DNA of 64,000 bases from Vicugna vicugna (Eukaryota): assembly GCA_013265495.1 (NCBI GenBank), contig MU058531.1, positions 2,356,911-2,420,910 on the forward strand, given 5' to 3'. Position numbers and translations under genes: made by a program. Numbering within the stretch: the first letter of the stretch is position 1; every line of letters begins with the position of its first letter. The notes under the pieces were generated by a model, which was not told the DNA's origin, searched no databases, and worked only from the letters and a program-made list of their open reading frames with translations. Of the stretch, positions 1-12,794 are shown piece after piece.

Positions 1-150
1 CCTCGCTTATCGTGCCTCTAAAACGGGAATCATGGTGGCGACCTCAGAGTATTCAGGTGAGGGTTAAACAGACAATGCCTACAGAGCACTTGGCAGAGGG
101 CTTGGCACAGAGTGAGCACTGAAGAAATGTTAGCTCTGTTACCGTTGTTA
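1..150 (+). mobile_element. MIR SINE 3' part
   Basis: Degenerate MIR 3' half (taaaacgggaat...gagggttaaa...cttggcacagagtgagcact...aatgttagct). Confidence 0.7.
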
Positions 151-1469
151 TACTTCTAAAGAAGCTGGGAGTTTCTCTGGCTGGTATGTCAAGGACTAGT
201 CCTCTTCCAAAGAGTCTTCCTGAGAGGCCAGTACATCTTATACTGACGAATGAATGAATGAATGAGAGCTAGTCTCTGGGTGGAGCCCCGAGCCTCTGAA
301 AAGGCAGAGGGAGGTGCAGAGGGAGCTGGAGAACTGTGGGCTGTGGTTGGAGGGGAAGGAGTGCTGAGTGGGAGTCAGGAGGCCTGGGGTCAGGCTGGGC
401 TCCAAGCACGTGCCAGACCTTGGGTAAGTCACTTGACCACTCCTGGCCTTTGTCCCCCTCGTTGGTACAGGGGGACCGCCCTGGATGACATCTGAAGTCT
501 CGTTCACCAGATGATTCTGAGGAATCACACTGCCAACACTTTTTACAAAGATGGCTCATGGAATTAGGCTTAAAAAAAAGTCAATATTTGTTCAATCGCA
601 TACATGGCTGTTAGAATATTCCTTTGATTTCCTGTACTTTTGAAATACTTAACAACAACAACAGCACAACAAAGCTATCATGTACAAATGCCAGCTGCTT
701 TGTGCATGTTAATCCCAGCTGGCCTGACCCTGATCGAAATGGGGAAGCAAGCAAAATGGCGTTCAGTGGCCCCCCCAGCTGTGTGACTGCACCCCCTTTC
801 TCCTTTGAGGTCCCCCATACTCCCTCTCAAGTTCTTCAGCCATCCAAAGCCTCCCTTCTTCAAGGACTTGCTTTTCCAGGGCTCCTGACCTCATCATGGG
901 ACTGATTAGACCTGAGGTAGGAACAGCTGTTGGGACTTAATTTCAGTTCCTGCTTCTACTTGTGAACCAAACAGCATGCACGTCAGACCTGTGCTGTGCC
1001 TCTGGGTGGGGAGGCTGGTCAGGACGTTTTGGAGGGTGAAGTTCACACACTGCCCCGCAAACTCAGATCTGAGCACTAAACAGATTTTTTCCATTTGATT
1101 TAAATCCAAATGATGGATCTTGAACTGAAAAGCCGATATCCTTCTCCTGCAGTGGTTTAACTCTTACAGTGATCTCATACCACAGAGGGTTACATCTCAT
1201 GCTTTGGAGGTCTGGACCCTTGCAGATGGTCTTCTAATCAGACTATTGATTCTATCTTGGCCTTAACTTGCCCAAGCCACTCCCTCCCTTGCTGGCTTTA
1301 GATGTCTTGCATTTTCTCCTAGGGTTCCTGCAAGTCTCTTAGGCCTTTGCACCTTGTATCATCTGCTACTCATTTAAGTCTGTGCTGGGGCAAATTTTAC
1401 CCAGGGAGCAGTCTTCATAACACCTGCCTCCAAAATATTCCCAAGGAAGGCTGACAGTGTAGCCTCTTG

Positions 1470-1595
1470 GAGACTCTATTTCCTCATCTGCATATTGAGG
1501 AAGTATAATAATACCGGCTGCAAGGATTGAATGATCCAGAGGAGAGAAAGTGCCTTGTACATGGCCATAAGAAGTGCTCAATAAGCAGTAGCAAC
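1470..1595 (+). mobile_element. MIR fragment
   Basis: MIR core tttcctcatctg followed by gtgctcaataa tail. Confidence 0.6.
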
Positions 1596-2690
1596 TGTTG
1601 CCATCAAGACATTAAATCTGACTCCAGTGCCAGCTACTTTCAAACACTCAGCTCTTAACCCACCCTCTTAGCCCTTGTTACATGCATTCACTGACTCTTA
1701 CAAATGCCAACAAGTGATCGGTTTACTTAAACTCTCGGTCAGTGATGGCTGATTTTCTGGAATGCCATTTGTGTTTGCCCGGTCCGTCTCAGATCTGAAT
1801 TAGCCACCAAAGTCAAGTAGCTCAAAAAGGAGTGTGATTGGAGGGCATGTCACAGTTTCCCAACTGAGAAGCTCATGGCTTCCTGGGGAAACCTTGGTTT
1901 TTCTCTTAGTGGGCATATGTAGAGGGGCAGCTTCTAAGGAGGAATATGGCTTTTAGCTCTCAAGGAGCTTTGGAGTGGCTGTGTTCTCTTCCCTACTGGG
2001 CAGTACATTCATGGTAAGTTCAGTTTCTTTGTGTGGGCCTTTCTTTACCTTCCACACTAGACTCTTGGAAGCCAGGCTCATCCTCTTATAAAAAGATGTC
2101 AAGCAGAGTCATACAGTAAAGGGAGGCAAACATTCTTTTAAACAAATTTATCAGTTTAACACAGCATAGTGGTGTTGGGTTACCAGGGTCAACAGCCAGC
2201 AGTCACATTCCTTAGTTGTTTGATTGGTGACATGCATTAACAAACATCCAGTAAAACTCCTCCTGGTTAATCATGTTGATAAGTTTTGTTTTTGTTTTTT
2301 GTAGTGTGCTACTAGCTTTTTAATTTAATCTGCTTGGACAGCAGGCATCCTGGTGTAGTGTCTTGACTTATCTAAAGGAGCCTTCATGTGAAGGCTACCG
2401 GGTCCAGAATTTTATTGTGATATCATGTAATCATTAACGCGTGTGGCTACTGCTTTCCTGCATTTTGCTTTCTTTCTTGCAGTGAAGGAAGTGTTTTCTA
2501 GGGTGAGGGCGTAGATAAGCAAGGATAAGCCCTAGAAGCAATGAAAGGAAAGGAGGATGCTCTTATGAGCTGAACCTGAAAACATTGTCTCATTGTCAGG
2601 AATAAAAATTGTTGAAAACACTGAGCATTCATCTTTTTAAAGGCAAAGGGAGGCAAGTCTGCATTTCTTTCAAGAAGTAGAAATCCAGGT

Positions 2691-2897
2691 CAGGGCTTCT
2701 CCACCTCGGCACTGCTGACACTTTGGGTTGGAAATTTCTTTGTTGTAGGAAGCTGTCCTGTGCGTTGTAGGATGTTCAGCCTCTCCCTGGTATATCCCTG
2801 TATACATCCTCTCATTCCTTCGTGGCAACCAAAAAGATCTTCAGACATCAACCAGTGTCCCCTGGGGGCCAAAACTGCCCTCAGTGAGGAGCCATTG
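2691..2897 (-). mobile_element. MER20 hAT-Charlie non-autonomous DNA transposon, near full length
   Basis: Ends cagggcttctc...gagccattg. Internal agctgtcctgtgcgttgtaggatgtt and tgtcccctgggggccaaaactgccc match reverse MER20. Confidence 0.85.
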
Positions 2898-3349
2898 TCC
2901 TGGCTGTGCAGTTCTAAAATTTCAAATAGTCTTTTATGACTCTGCTGACCCCATTTCATTATATTATTTAAGACATAACTAAACATTTAATTCTTCCAGG
3001 GGCCCTTTCTCAGCCGGACTGTTCCTTTATCTGTTCTCTCTACTTTGAGACCTTCAGTCAACTCTGCCTCTGCCTCCTGCTCCTTTTTCTCTTCTTCCTC
3101 TTCCTTCCTCCACCCACAGAGCCCCGTACTGAGCAGCTGTTCAGTAAGAACTTGCTGATTAACCAGGGAATTCTTCCTCCATTAGGTTTGTGATGCCTTG
3201 GAGGCAGTCTAGGTAAAAATCCCCAAATTATTCCAAGATAAAATGAATATTCTTTAATTAAAAATAGACGTTGAAGTGATAGCAATTTAAATGGGGTGAG
3301 AGGCAGCCGGAAGAAGTGGTAGACCGGCTGAAATTAACCATAGTTTACA

Positions 3350-3525
3350 AGTATTAAGTGCTTGCTAGATACCACACACAGTACCTTATTTAACTCAGAT
3401 ATTATCCCCATTTTACAGATGAGGAAATAGAGGTTTAGTGGAGTGAAGTAATTTGTTCAAGTTACTGGAACCGGAGCTGAAGTGGCAGCAAGAGGGTTTG
3501 AACCCAGGCAGCCTGACTCTGAGGT
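3350..3525 (-). mobile_element. MIR
   Basis: attatccccattttacagatgaggaaa...tttgaacccaggcag. Confidence 0.8.
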
Positions 3526-4949
3526 GGGCACTCGGACCCTAGTCACACAGCTGCAGGCCGAATGGGGTGGAAGATCACCAACGAGGCCGGGGACCAGGAG
3601 GAGGGGTGACTTTTCAGGAGTTGTAAGAACAACTTAGCTGAATTCTAGAGGCCCCACTTTCAGTGTCTGGGCCTATGCAAATCTTCAAGTGAATGTGGTC
3701 CTATTTCTTTGTTTCCATCTGTCTTAGTGAAACTGCCTCTGCTTAGCGGTGTGGAGTATTGCTTTCCCAGTTTAGAAAGTTAATTTAAAAGTGCAGCTGA
3801 AGTGAAGAATATGGTTCAAGAGGGTGCCCAACTAGCAGGTGTTAGGGGAATGGGGTGGGGGTGGGGAATGCAGGGCTGGAGAATCGAGAAATAAGTTGAA
3901 CATTTGACCCTTGACGAACGTGAGAAAAAAAGAGAAAAAAAAACAACGTATGGACACAGGTCCTGAACCTTGGCAGTACCTATCCCTGGACCTGTCTTAA
4001 AAAGCTTGATTTCATTCCTTTTGTAGTTCTGATAGAAAAGCACAAAGAGGTAGTTGTAGTTTTCAACATCTTGGTGGCAAAATTGTATGCAAACATTGAA
4101 AAAGATTTCCCCACGCCCTTCTATACTATAACAGTAAACATGTTCACTGGGGGAAAAATAGAAACAAGAAAGAACAATTTAAAAATAACCGATAATCCGA
4201 TCCCGTAGCAAAATCTGCTGTTTACATATTGTGAACGATAGTCTTGCAGGTCACAGAGAAGTTCTTCATATGAGTTATAATCACATGATCAGATGAACAA
4301 GATGGGAAGGAGGGAAGAAAGGGGAGGCCATGGTAAAGGTCAGAATTACCAAATCAACTCTGTTGTATCAGTTGCTGTCAGACTGCTTTAATAAGCCTCA
4401 TGCGTTTTGTAAGGAGCAGAAAGTCAGTTCTTAAAGATGGGGCATCCGTGAGGCCCCTTCTCCACCACTGACCATAAGCATCATCTCTACCTTGCTCTGA
4501 ACCCTCTCCCCCAGCCTGAAGCAAGGCCTCTCAAGGACCTTTGCTAACCCTTCATCTCCCAAGCAGACCCTTCAGGAGCTAGCCATCCATGCATGCATTC
4601 CTGAACACGCTCTCGTGGCTGTCTCTCCTGAGTAGTGCTCCAAGAACCACAGCCTTAAAAGACTCTTGAACGCCAAAGTTCTCTCTAGAAACTGCCCCTC
4701 CTGGGCCTTCTGAAGGGCTACACCACTAGAAGGCATGAGGAAAGATGAAATTACACCATCATTGGGAAATCTCTTGTTTGGGTTGAAATCTGCTGTCAGC
4801 CTGTCTTCCACTCCATTGCTATGTAACTCAGTGTTGTGTGTCTGTGTGCTCATGATGTGTGATTAAGATGTTATTTTCCCTTTGAGAGTAGGAGATGTTT
4901 TTCTCTTAAAATGACTGTTGGATTTGCTTTTAATAGAAAACTCATCAAT

Positions 4950-5140
4950 AGTACCAAAGGGCACATACAGTGAAAATTGGCTCCCTCCAAACTCTCTTAT
5001 CTAATCTTCCAGTTCCCTTCCCCAGAGGCAGCCACCACTGCTGCTTTCTTGTGTATTCGTCTGGAGAGAGTCCATGCATATACAAACATGGCCCCTTCGA
5101 TCTGTTCCATGTGGCCAGAGTGAATATGTTTAATGGACAG
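4950..5140 (-). mobile_element. Ancient L1ME-type 3' UTR fragment
   Basis: catacagtgaaaa...ccccagaggcagccaccactg...tttcttgtgtatt. Confidence 0.55.
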
Positions 5141-5199
5141 CCGACTCTGTTGTTCCCTTTTGAGGCTTCCCAGGGCACAGAGGACAGAGATCCAAAGCC

Positions 5200-5635
5200 C
5201 CACCTAGCTCTCCAGCCTCCTCTGGAGCCTCCTTTGCCCTCGCTCTGTGCTCCAGTCACACTGGCGTTCCCTCCATTCCCACCTCAGGACCTCTGCCCGT
5301 GGTTTTGAGATCTTGGATGTGGCTGCTTCACCTGGATGCTTGCTCCCCTCGCCTTGCCCAGCCAAGCTCCTTCAGGTCTTTGTTTACATACCACTTCCTC
5401 AGAGGGGCCTCCCTGACTTCCTTCTCTAAGCCATGTCTTTCATTGTCCTCTCAGCACAGCCAGATCACTTTGGAGCGTTGTCTTAACTTATGCTTATATA
5501 CTTGTTTGTGTGATTACGTGTCCAGTGTCCATCTCCAACTAGACCGTAAGCTCCCTGAGGGCAGGGGCTCCAGCATCCCGCACAACGAGAGCCCGTGATG
5601 TCCCTTGCACTGGGCTCAAGTGACTGAGGGAACAA
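5200..5635 (+). mobile_element. L2 LINE 3' region
   Basis: ccacctcaggacctctgc...cacttcctcagaggggcctccctgac...ctagaccgtaagctccctgagggcagggg. Confidence 0.75.
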
Positions 5636-5889
5636 ATCAAGTCCTGACTGAATATCCGGTTGGTTTGGAGGCAACTGTATTTTTGTGTATTTTCTGCTTT
5701 TTAAGTTAAACATTATTATGGAAAGTTTCAAATGTACTTAAAAGCAGGGAAAACAATACATTGAACCCCTACATACACATCACTTAGATTCACCAGCTTT
5801 CAAGATTTTACCACATTTGCAATTTTTGCCCTCTTTTACTTTCTTTTTTTCTCTAGCCTTCTGAAGGCACAGAAACATTTATGATAGCT

Positions 5890-6112
5890 GCCATTTATTG
5901 AGCGTTTACTATGTGTCAGTAATTTAGATGTTACATATATTGACATTTAATCCGCTCAATAACCGTGCTATGTGGACATTATTGTCCCCATTATTTTAGA
6001 GATGAGGAAGTGGAGACAGTTTAAGTCATTTTGTGTAGGGTCCCCTATTTAGTAGAAGGAATAGCTGGGATTCAAATCCATGTCTCTCTGACTCCGAAGC
6101 CCAGGTTCTCAA
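5890..6112 (-). mobile_element. MIR
   Basis: atttattgagcgtttactatgtg...agatgaggaagtggag...ggattcaaatcc. Confidence 0.8.
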
Positions 6113-6704
6113 CTCCCAAACTGCTTGATACGGACTTCATCAGTGCACTTCTCTCTGCCTTTCTTCTCCATACCCATTGACTTTAAAAATGTTCGAAGCA
6201 TTTTTGTTGTGCTTAAGGGAAATGCTCTTATGTCTGTGAAAGGAGTGCAGCAGTTGGCTTTATTATTCCCCTATAAACGAACACCAATTCAACCAATAAA
6301 TATTTATTGACCCCCCCCCTTTATTTCAAATTTACCAAGCCCCATCTTAAAAGCTGGAGAAACAATAGTGGGAAAAAAAATACTCTGCCTGGTCTCATGG
6401 AGCAGTGTCAAGTCAGGTCCTTCAACATTAATTCAGATAGTTTGTGGTTGAATCCATCCTATGAAAATATACTCTTGGTTTTTCAGCTGAGGCTGTGGGT
6501 TTACAATGAGAGAAGTAAGATGGAGCAGCTGATGCTGAGAGTTCCGAAGAGTCAGCTCCATTATTTGGTGGTTCCTGCTCTGGGACCCTCTTCTACTTTT
6601 TGTCTTTCCCTCTGCTTCATGATGACCGGAAGCAATACTGCTTTCATTTCTGACTGGACAGAAGAAGGGAAAAGAAACAGTTCACCATTACTCTGACAGC
6701 TAAA

Positions 6705-6912
6705 CAGGGCTGCTGTGTACTGTTATGCAGTTGGTGCACTGTGCAAAGGCGCCTGGTTGAAGAGGCCAACTGGAGCTGAAAACAGCCAGAGCCCCACTTT
6801 TGTGCTGTGGCCCTGGCCTGAGGCTGCACATCCCTACGGAAGAGGTGCTTTCTTCCCCCAGGCTTCCCACTGCAGATGCACAGAGGCATCCCAAAATCTC
6901 AAGGTGGCCCTG
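6705..6912 (+). mobile_element. MER91A-like hAT-Tip100 DNA transposon
   Basis: Inverted ends cagggc...gccctg; internal gtgcactgtgcaaaggcgcc and gctgaaa. A related copy lies at 36447-36600. Confidence 0.6.
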
Positions 6913-7059
6913 TTGGTAGAGCTGGAAAAGGAATGGAAAGGGAGATGGTTAAAACTGCTGTGTCACATGGATGTTTTGTGGAATTCATGTTTTGTGTTCT
7001 CCATGTCTCCCATTGGCTCAGGGGATGTAATTCATAGTGTTTTTAGTTGTTTTTTTTCT

Positions 7060-7230
7060 TTCAATAGACTTTATTTTTAGAGCAATTTTATGTTCATGGC
7101 AAAATTGAGCAGAAGGTACAGAGATTTCCCATATACCCTCTGTCCCCCCACCACAGCTACCTGAATTATCAACATCCTTCAGTAGAGTGATACTGTTGAT
7201 GAACTTATATTGACCACATCATTGTCTCTC
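7060..7230 (-). mobile_element. L1MC-type 3' end
   Basis: agactttatttttagagcaatttt...aaaattgagcagaaggtacagagatttcccatatacc. Confidence 0.75.
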
Positions 7231-7519
7231 AAAGTTCTTAAGTTTTGATGGTAGTAAGAAGGCAAGTATTGGTTCAACACGCATGGTGGTTAAAAGCATA
7301 AGTGTAACATATTGTGACTTAAGAAACTTCCCACCAGCATGTAACTGGGAATAATGGGAAGAATTGGTAATACTTTTTAGGTGGTTAATTTCTTATACTT
7401 AATTTCTAGAGTTAAGGTGATCATCTCATCATAATGATAAATAAAGTAATAACAACTACATAGACCTCTATGAGTAAACCCAGAGGTTTCCCATTTGGAA
7501 CACATTCACTGTTTTGCTT

Positions 7520-8775
7520 TTTTTTCAATTGAAGTATAACTGATCTGTAACATTATGTAAATTTAAGGTCTACAACATGTTCATTAGATACATTTATATA
7601 TTGCAATATGATTGCCATTGTCATGTTAGCTAATACCTCTATCACATCACATAATTATCATTTCTTTTTTGTTGTGAGGATAATTAAGATCTAGTCTCTT
7701 AATAAGTTTGATGTTTGCAAACAATATTGTTGTCTATAATCACTATACAGTGCATTAGATCTCCAGACTTATTTATCTACTAGTTGTAAGTTTGAATTCT
7801 TAAACAAAATCTCTCCTATCCTCCACCCCACCCCTGTTAACCACCATTCTACCCTTCTACCCTGTTTTTATGACTTAGGCTTGTTTAGATTCCACATGTA
7901 AGTGAGGGGGGAGGGTATAGCTCAAGTGGCAAAGCGCATGCTTAGCATGCACAAGGTGCTGTGTTCAATTCCTGGTACCTCCTGTAAACATAAATAAATA
8001 AATAAACCGAATTACTTCCCTCCCAAAATAAATAAAAAAATTATATACTCTCTAGATTCCACATGTAAGTGATATCATATAACGTTTGTCTTTCTCTGAC
8101 TTATCTCACAGCATAATGTCCTCAAGATCTATCCATGTTATCACAAATGGTAGGATTTCCTTCTTTCTCATGGTTGAATAATATTCCATTATATATATAT
8201 ATATATATATATATGTGCATATACATATGCACATCATCTTTATCCATTCATCTGTTGATGGACACTTGGGTTGTTTCCATATCTTGAATATCATGATTAA
8301 TGCTGCAATAATCATAGTGCATATTTCTCTTTGATACCCTATTTTCATTTCCTTTGGATACATACCCAGAAGAGGGAATGCTGGATCATATGGTAATTCC
8401 ATTTTTAATTTTTTGAGGCACCTCCATACTGTTTTCCTTAGTGACTGCACCAATTTACTTTCCCACAAACAGTGCACAGGGGTTCCCTTTTCTCCACACC
8501 CTCATCAGCTTTTGTTCTTTTGTCTTCTGGATGATAGCCATTCTAACAGTATGAGGTGATGTATCATTGTGGTTTTGATTTGCATTTCCCTGATGATTAG
8601 TGATGCTGAGCATCTTTTCATGTACCTGTTGGCCATTTGGATGTCTTCTTTGGGAAAATATCTATTTCGCTCCTCTGCCCATTTTTTAATCAAATCATGG
8701 GTTTTCTTTTGATTTTGGTTGTTGTTGTTATTATTGAGTTGTATAAGTTCTTTAGATATTTTGGTTATTAACCCC
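7520..8775 (-). mobile_element. 5'-truncated L1 (3' UTR plus degraded ORF2 C-terminus), interrupted by a SINE
   Basis: ORFs 8505-8693 ([26 protein letters not shown]) and 8106-8477 ([10 protein letters not shown]...ELPYDPA) are L1 ORF2 C-terminal peptides; poly-T and ttgaagtata 3' end. Confidence 0.92.
7906..8052 (+). mobile_element. tRNA-Ala-derived SINE (camelid Vic-1 type)
   Basis: tRNA-Ala(AGC)-like head, A-rich tail, perfect 20-bp TSD tagattccacatgtaagtga at 7886-7905 and 8053-8072. Confidence 0.9.
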
Positions 8776-8819
8776 CAACTGTATTTATTATTGCATATAA
8801 AAGTATTACAAACTTTAAT

Positions 8820-9020
8820 TTAGTGAGCAAGGATATGTGCAGGGCATTGTGCTGAGAGTTTCACATATACTGCTTTATTAAATTCTCTTCATAGCTCCAT
8901 AGGGTAGGTATTATTATCTCAGTTTTATACATAGGGACACTGACATTTGAGTTACCCAAGATCACATAACAAAGAAGTGGTAAAAGTGGGGCTTGAACCC
9001 TGGTCTGTTTGACTCCAGAA
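8820..9020 (-). mobile_element. MIR
   Basis: gtaggtattattatctcagtttta...cccaagatcaca...ttgaaccctggtctg. Confidence 0.7.
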
Positions 9021-9769
9021 CCTACACATACCACCGTCTTTTATACTCCTTTGTTGTGGGAGATGAGATCTGTTCAGTGACCTCTGAGGTCTCTATCCTG
9101 ACCTGGGTACCCACTACACAAATTTCAGACTTCTGTAAAATATTTCCAGACTCCTCCAAGTTGGAACCTTTCTCAGCTTTCCTTTCTTAAATACTTGCTG
9201 CCCTCATAGTTCATAACTTGATAACCAGGAATTCTTCTTGGGTGTGGAGCTAACTGACCATTCTTCTTAGTTGTTGTAACCACAGTTCACACTTTTGTCA
9301 CAAGTCCTGAACCACCTAAGGCCTTTTATCTCTGCCAACCTCATTGCCCGGAAGAACTGCTGACATAAGAATATACAAAATCTCATAAGGATTTTTCTCT
9401 TTGACAGCCTCTTCACAGTTATTCCTAAAAGACGACAGTAATTTAAAAGGAGTAAGACAAGAAAGTTGTACATAATGGGATTGGGGGGTGGGGAGGAATC
9501 AAAGAAACTTCAAACTTTAACAGGATGAAGAATGTAATTCTGTGGGAAGTTGAGGCAGAAGGTGGTGCCACTGAGAGATGGTTTTCATGGTCCTAAGATC
9601 ACAAGTGTGGTCAGGAGTTGACCGTAATTGTTTTTTGTTTTGGGTTCAAGAAAGATAATTGGTTTGCAATTGGCTAGCGTGGTATTTTATTTCACTTCGT
9701 AATCTAAGGAGCCCACACTTTTCATAAAACAAGCTCACTGGTGATCATAATTCACATTTATTTTGCATT

Positions 9770-9975
9770 TACACTTGACTGGTATAGGCACTTAATAGAT
9801 TTTCTTTCATTTAATCCTCACAACCACCCTGTGAGGGAGGTACTATCATTGCTAGTATCTCATAGACAACAAGACAGAGGCCCACAAGGATAAATAACTT
9901 GCTCAAGATTACAGAGCTAGTAAGTGTCAGAGACTGGGTTCAAAACCAAGCAACCTGGGCTCTTAACCACTACTC
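9770..9975 (-). mobile_element. MIR
   Basis: tcatttaatcctcacaaccaccctgtgagg...taacttgctcaagattacagagctagtaagtg. Confidence 0.8.
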
Positions 9976-10659
9976 ATGTACCGTCTAAGTTCTTGCTGGG
10001 GAATAATGCATGTTGACGCAATCCACTTTGCATGTAGAGGTTGTTAGATAGCAGAAGCTTGGAATGCTTCTTGCCTCCTTTTTGTTTCCAAGGTGGGGGG
10101 TTTTCCCAAAACACTCTTGGCCTCTGTCCCACCTTCACTTCTCCCCTGGGGAGATGGAGTGAGTTACCTGCGTGGGAGAGAAGAGAGGCCTGCATGGCCT
10201 GTCTTCCTTCTCTCATTCCTTCCTTGGGATGCAGTCTGCCTACAGAGACTACAGATTTTGATCTCTTCCCTGTGGGGTGGTGGTGGGGAGGCCTTTGGTG
10301 GTCCAGGGCTCCAGTGTATGAAAGTCTGCCTAACTTTGGGGTTCAGTATGAGAAGGCCCCTTTTCCACATAAGTCACAGTCTCCACATCAGGTTAATATA
10401 GGGGACACTTTGAGCCCTATTTGATTACTCCATTGTCTAATTTCTCAGTTGGTCTAGAACACAGATGGATAGGAGAGGTATCATACGTCTTCACTGCAGC
10501 CTCCCCCAAGAACTACTGAAGGAAATAAAATTTAAAATATAGACAAGTAATAGCACATCATATGAATTAAAGATCTAACATCCAATGAATCCACCCTCTT
10601 CCACGGTAATCAGTTCATCAGTTAAGCTAAAGAAGGAAATACAGCAGGTACTTTGTTTC

Positions 10660-11165
10660 CATGATCTCATTTAAATCCTGTAACAATCTTGTGAGGTGGG
10701 ATTTATTTTCCCCCTGTTATTCATAAGGAAACTGCATCTTATTCAGTCAGTAAGCAATGGGTGTGGCCCATAGGCCAGGTGCTGTTCCAGGAGGCTCAGA
10801 GAGGTAATGGGAATTGTTCAAGGTTATATAGCTGGTCGGTGGAAGAGTAGAATTTGAACCCACATCTGACCAATGACAAAGGTTAGGCATTTCTTGGAGA
10901 GAAGGGAGAGTGGGAACAAATTCTTAAAATGATAATAAACACTAATTGAGCCCTGATTTTGTACCAGTGTATAACTTTATATCACTCAGTGCTTTGTGGT
11001 GTATTATCTCATTAAATTCTTGCATCACCCTTCTAAAATAGGTGTCAATTTCCTCATTATACACACAAGGAAACTGAGGTTCAGTGATGTTAAATAGTTT
11101 CCCAAAGGCTACACAATAAATGGCAGAGCTTCGCTGGTAATCCAACTGCTTCTTGTTCCAAACTT
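10660..11165 (-). mobile_element. Two adjacent MIR copies (~10660-10870 and ~10980-11165)
   Basis: ctcatttaaatcct...gtgaggtgg...aggaaactg, and aggaaactgaggttcagtgatgttaaatagtttcccaaaggctacaca. Confidence 0.7.
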
Positions 11166-11755
11166 TTAGCTCCTGAGAAGTACTGCCTTTGTTTTTCAGG
11201 AGCTTGCAAAGGTAATTGGGAGAGATAGCCCCTGAAATGCTGTCAGAGCATCTTGAAACCATTAATTAACAAGTGTATGTCAACCTGGGGTGTGCCTGGA
11301 GGTGCTGAAGAGCAGATAGGGAAGCCAGAGAAAGAGATACTTGAGAGAAAGAGAGGGCAGAGGAGAGTAATTGGCATTGGATAGGTTCAATCAGATTTCA
11401 CGGAGAGGAATTTTCAGCTAGATTTCAGCTACTATGAGCCTGGTGACAGTAAAGAAAAATAATATGGTGAGTTTGAGTATCAGGGATAATTTCAGAATTG
11501 CATGCCTTTGTACATGGTAAGTCAGTTGTGAAAAAGAAACAAAACAACAGCAGCAATAACAAAACCGCATCCTCTCTGGAAGTAAGGAACTGCCCCGGCA
11601 AGGAGATGGCCTCCATCCAGGTCTTGAGGATTTTGTTGGCTAAGACTCTAAAGACCTTGGATCTTGCCACGGCTTTCTGTTAAATAACTGGTAACAATGG
11701 GCAATCATTTAATATTTCGGGACCTTAATATCTTTATCTCTAAAATGAGGAAGTA

Positions 11756-11935
11756 GGGAGAAGGGTATAGCTCAGTGGTAGGGTGCGTGCCTAGCATGCA
11801 TGAGGTCCTGGGTTCAATCCCCAGTACCTCCTTTAAAATTAAAACAAACAAACAGACAAAAAACTTAATTACCTCCCCCCACCATAGGAAAAAAAAAAAG
11901 ACTGATTGAAAAAATAAATAAAATAAAAATTAAAA
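11756..11935 (+). mobile_element. tRNA-Ala-derived SINE (Vic-1 type)
   Basis: gggtatagctcagtggtagggtgcgtgcctagcatgcatgaggtcctgggttcaatccccagtacctcc followed by aattacctccccc module and A-rich tail. Confidence 0.9.
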
Positions 11936-12794
11936 CAGAATAAAGTGGGGAAATAGAATATGTGCCCTCCAAAGTTCCATCTAGCAATAATATCATTTCT
12001 CCTCCCTTGCAGGACAGGACAGTCTTTCTGAGAATTTCTGGCGTATAGATGATAGTCAGTAAGTATTTGTTGAACTGAACTAACTAAAGGCAATGATACT
12101 AATTAAAAAACATATTCCCCTACATAGGCATGTCTTGTTTGCTATATTCTTATTGCCTGTGTTCTATACTTCATCTGTCCTTGCCTCCGAGTTATCAAAC
12201 TTGTCATTTCCTTGTTGAGGAAACCTCTCCCCACAAATCACTCTGGTTCCCTCGTTCTGAACTCTGTCTAGAATGGGCTCAATCACTCTTTGAATCCCTT
12301 GCATTCTTAGTTCTTCTTACATAGCCTTCAGATCTCCTAGTTCTTAACTACAGCTAAATTGGAGAATACATACATATTCTCCATTTTTCATTTAATTGAT
12401 GTGTGGAGAGTCTCATTTGCTCCTACTCCAGCTGCCCAAACATCTGTAGGAAGGGTGTGAACCAAACATATGATTGAAGGAGCAACACCTAGTGGCAGCA
12501 GGCTTTAATTGCCAGCTCAAATTCTGACTGAATTCACTTGAAATTTGATTTTTTAAATTAAGTGTATGCAAAGATAAGAATAATATTTTAAGGAGGAAGA
12601 TTATTCCATGCTTAGGATTATATAGATAAAACAACATGTATTTGATGGAATTTTTCATTTTCATCCGTATGGCTTAGCACCGTATATGCAGAGCCTGAGT
12701 CTCTTGACTGAGAATTCTAACTTGAAGAAGATTGCTTTCATCTAGGATTCTGAGACTGAGTCAGAGTGTTGGAATCCAGGTGATCTGGTTGTTT

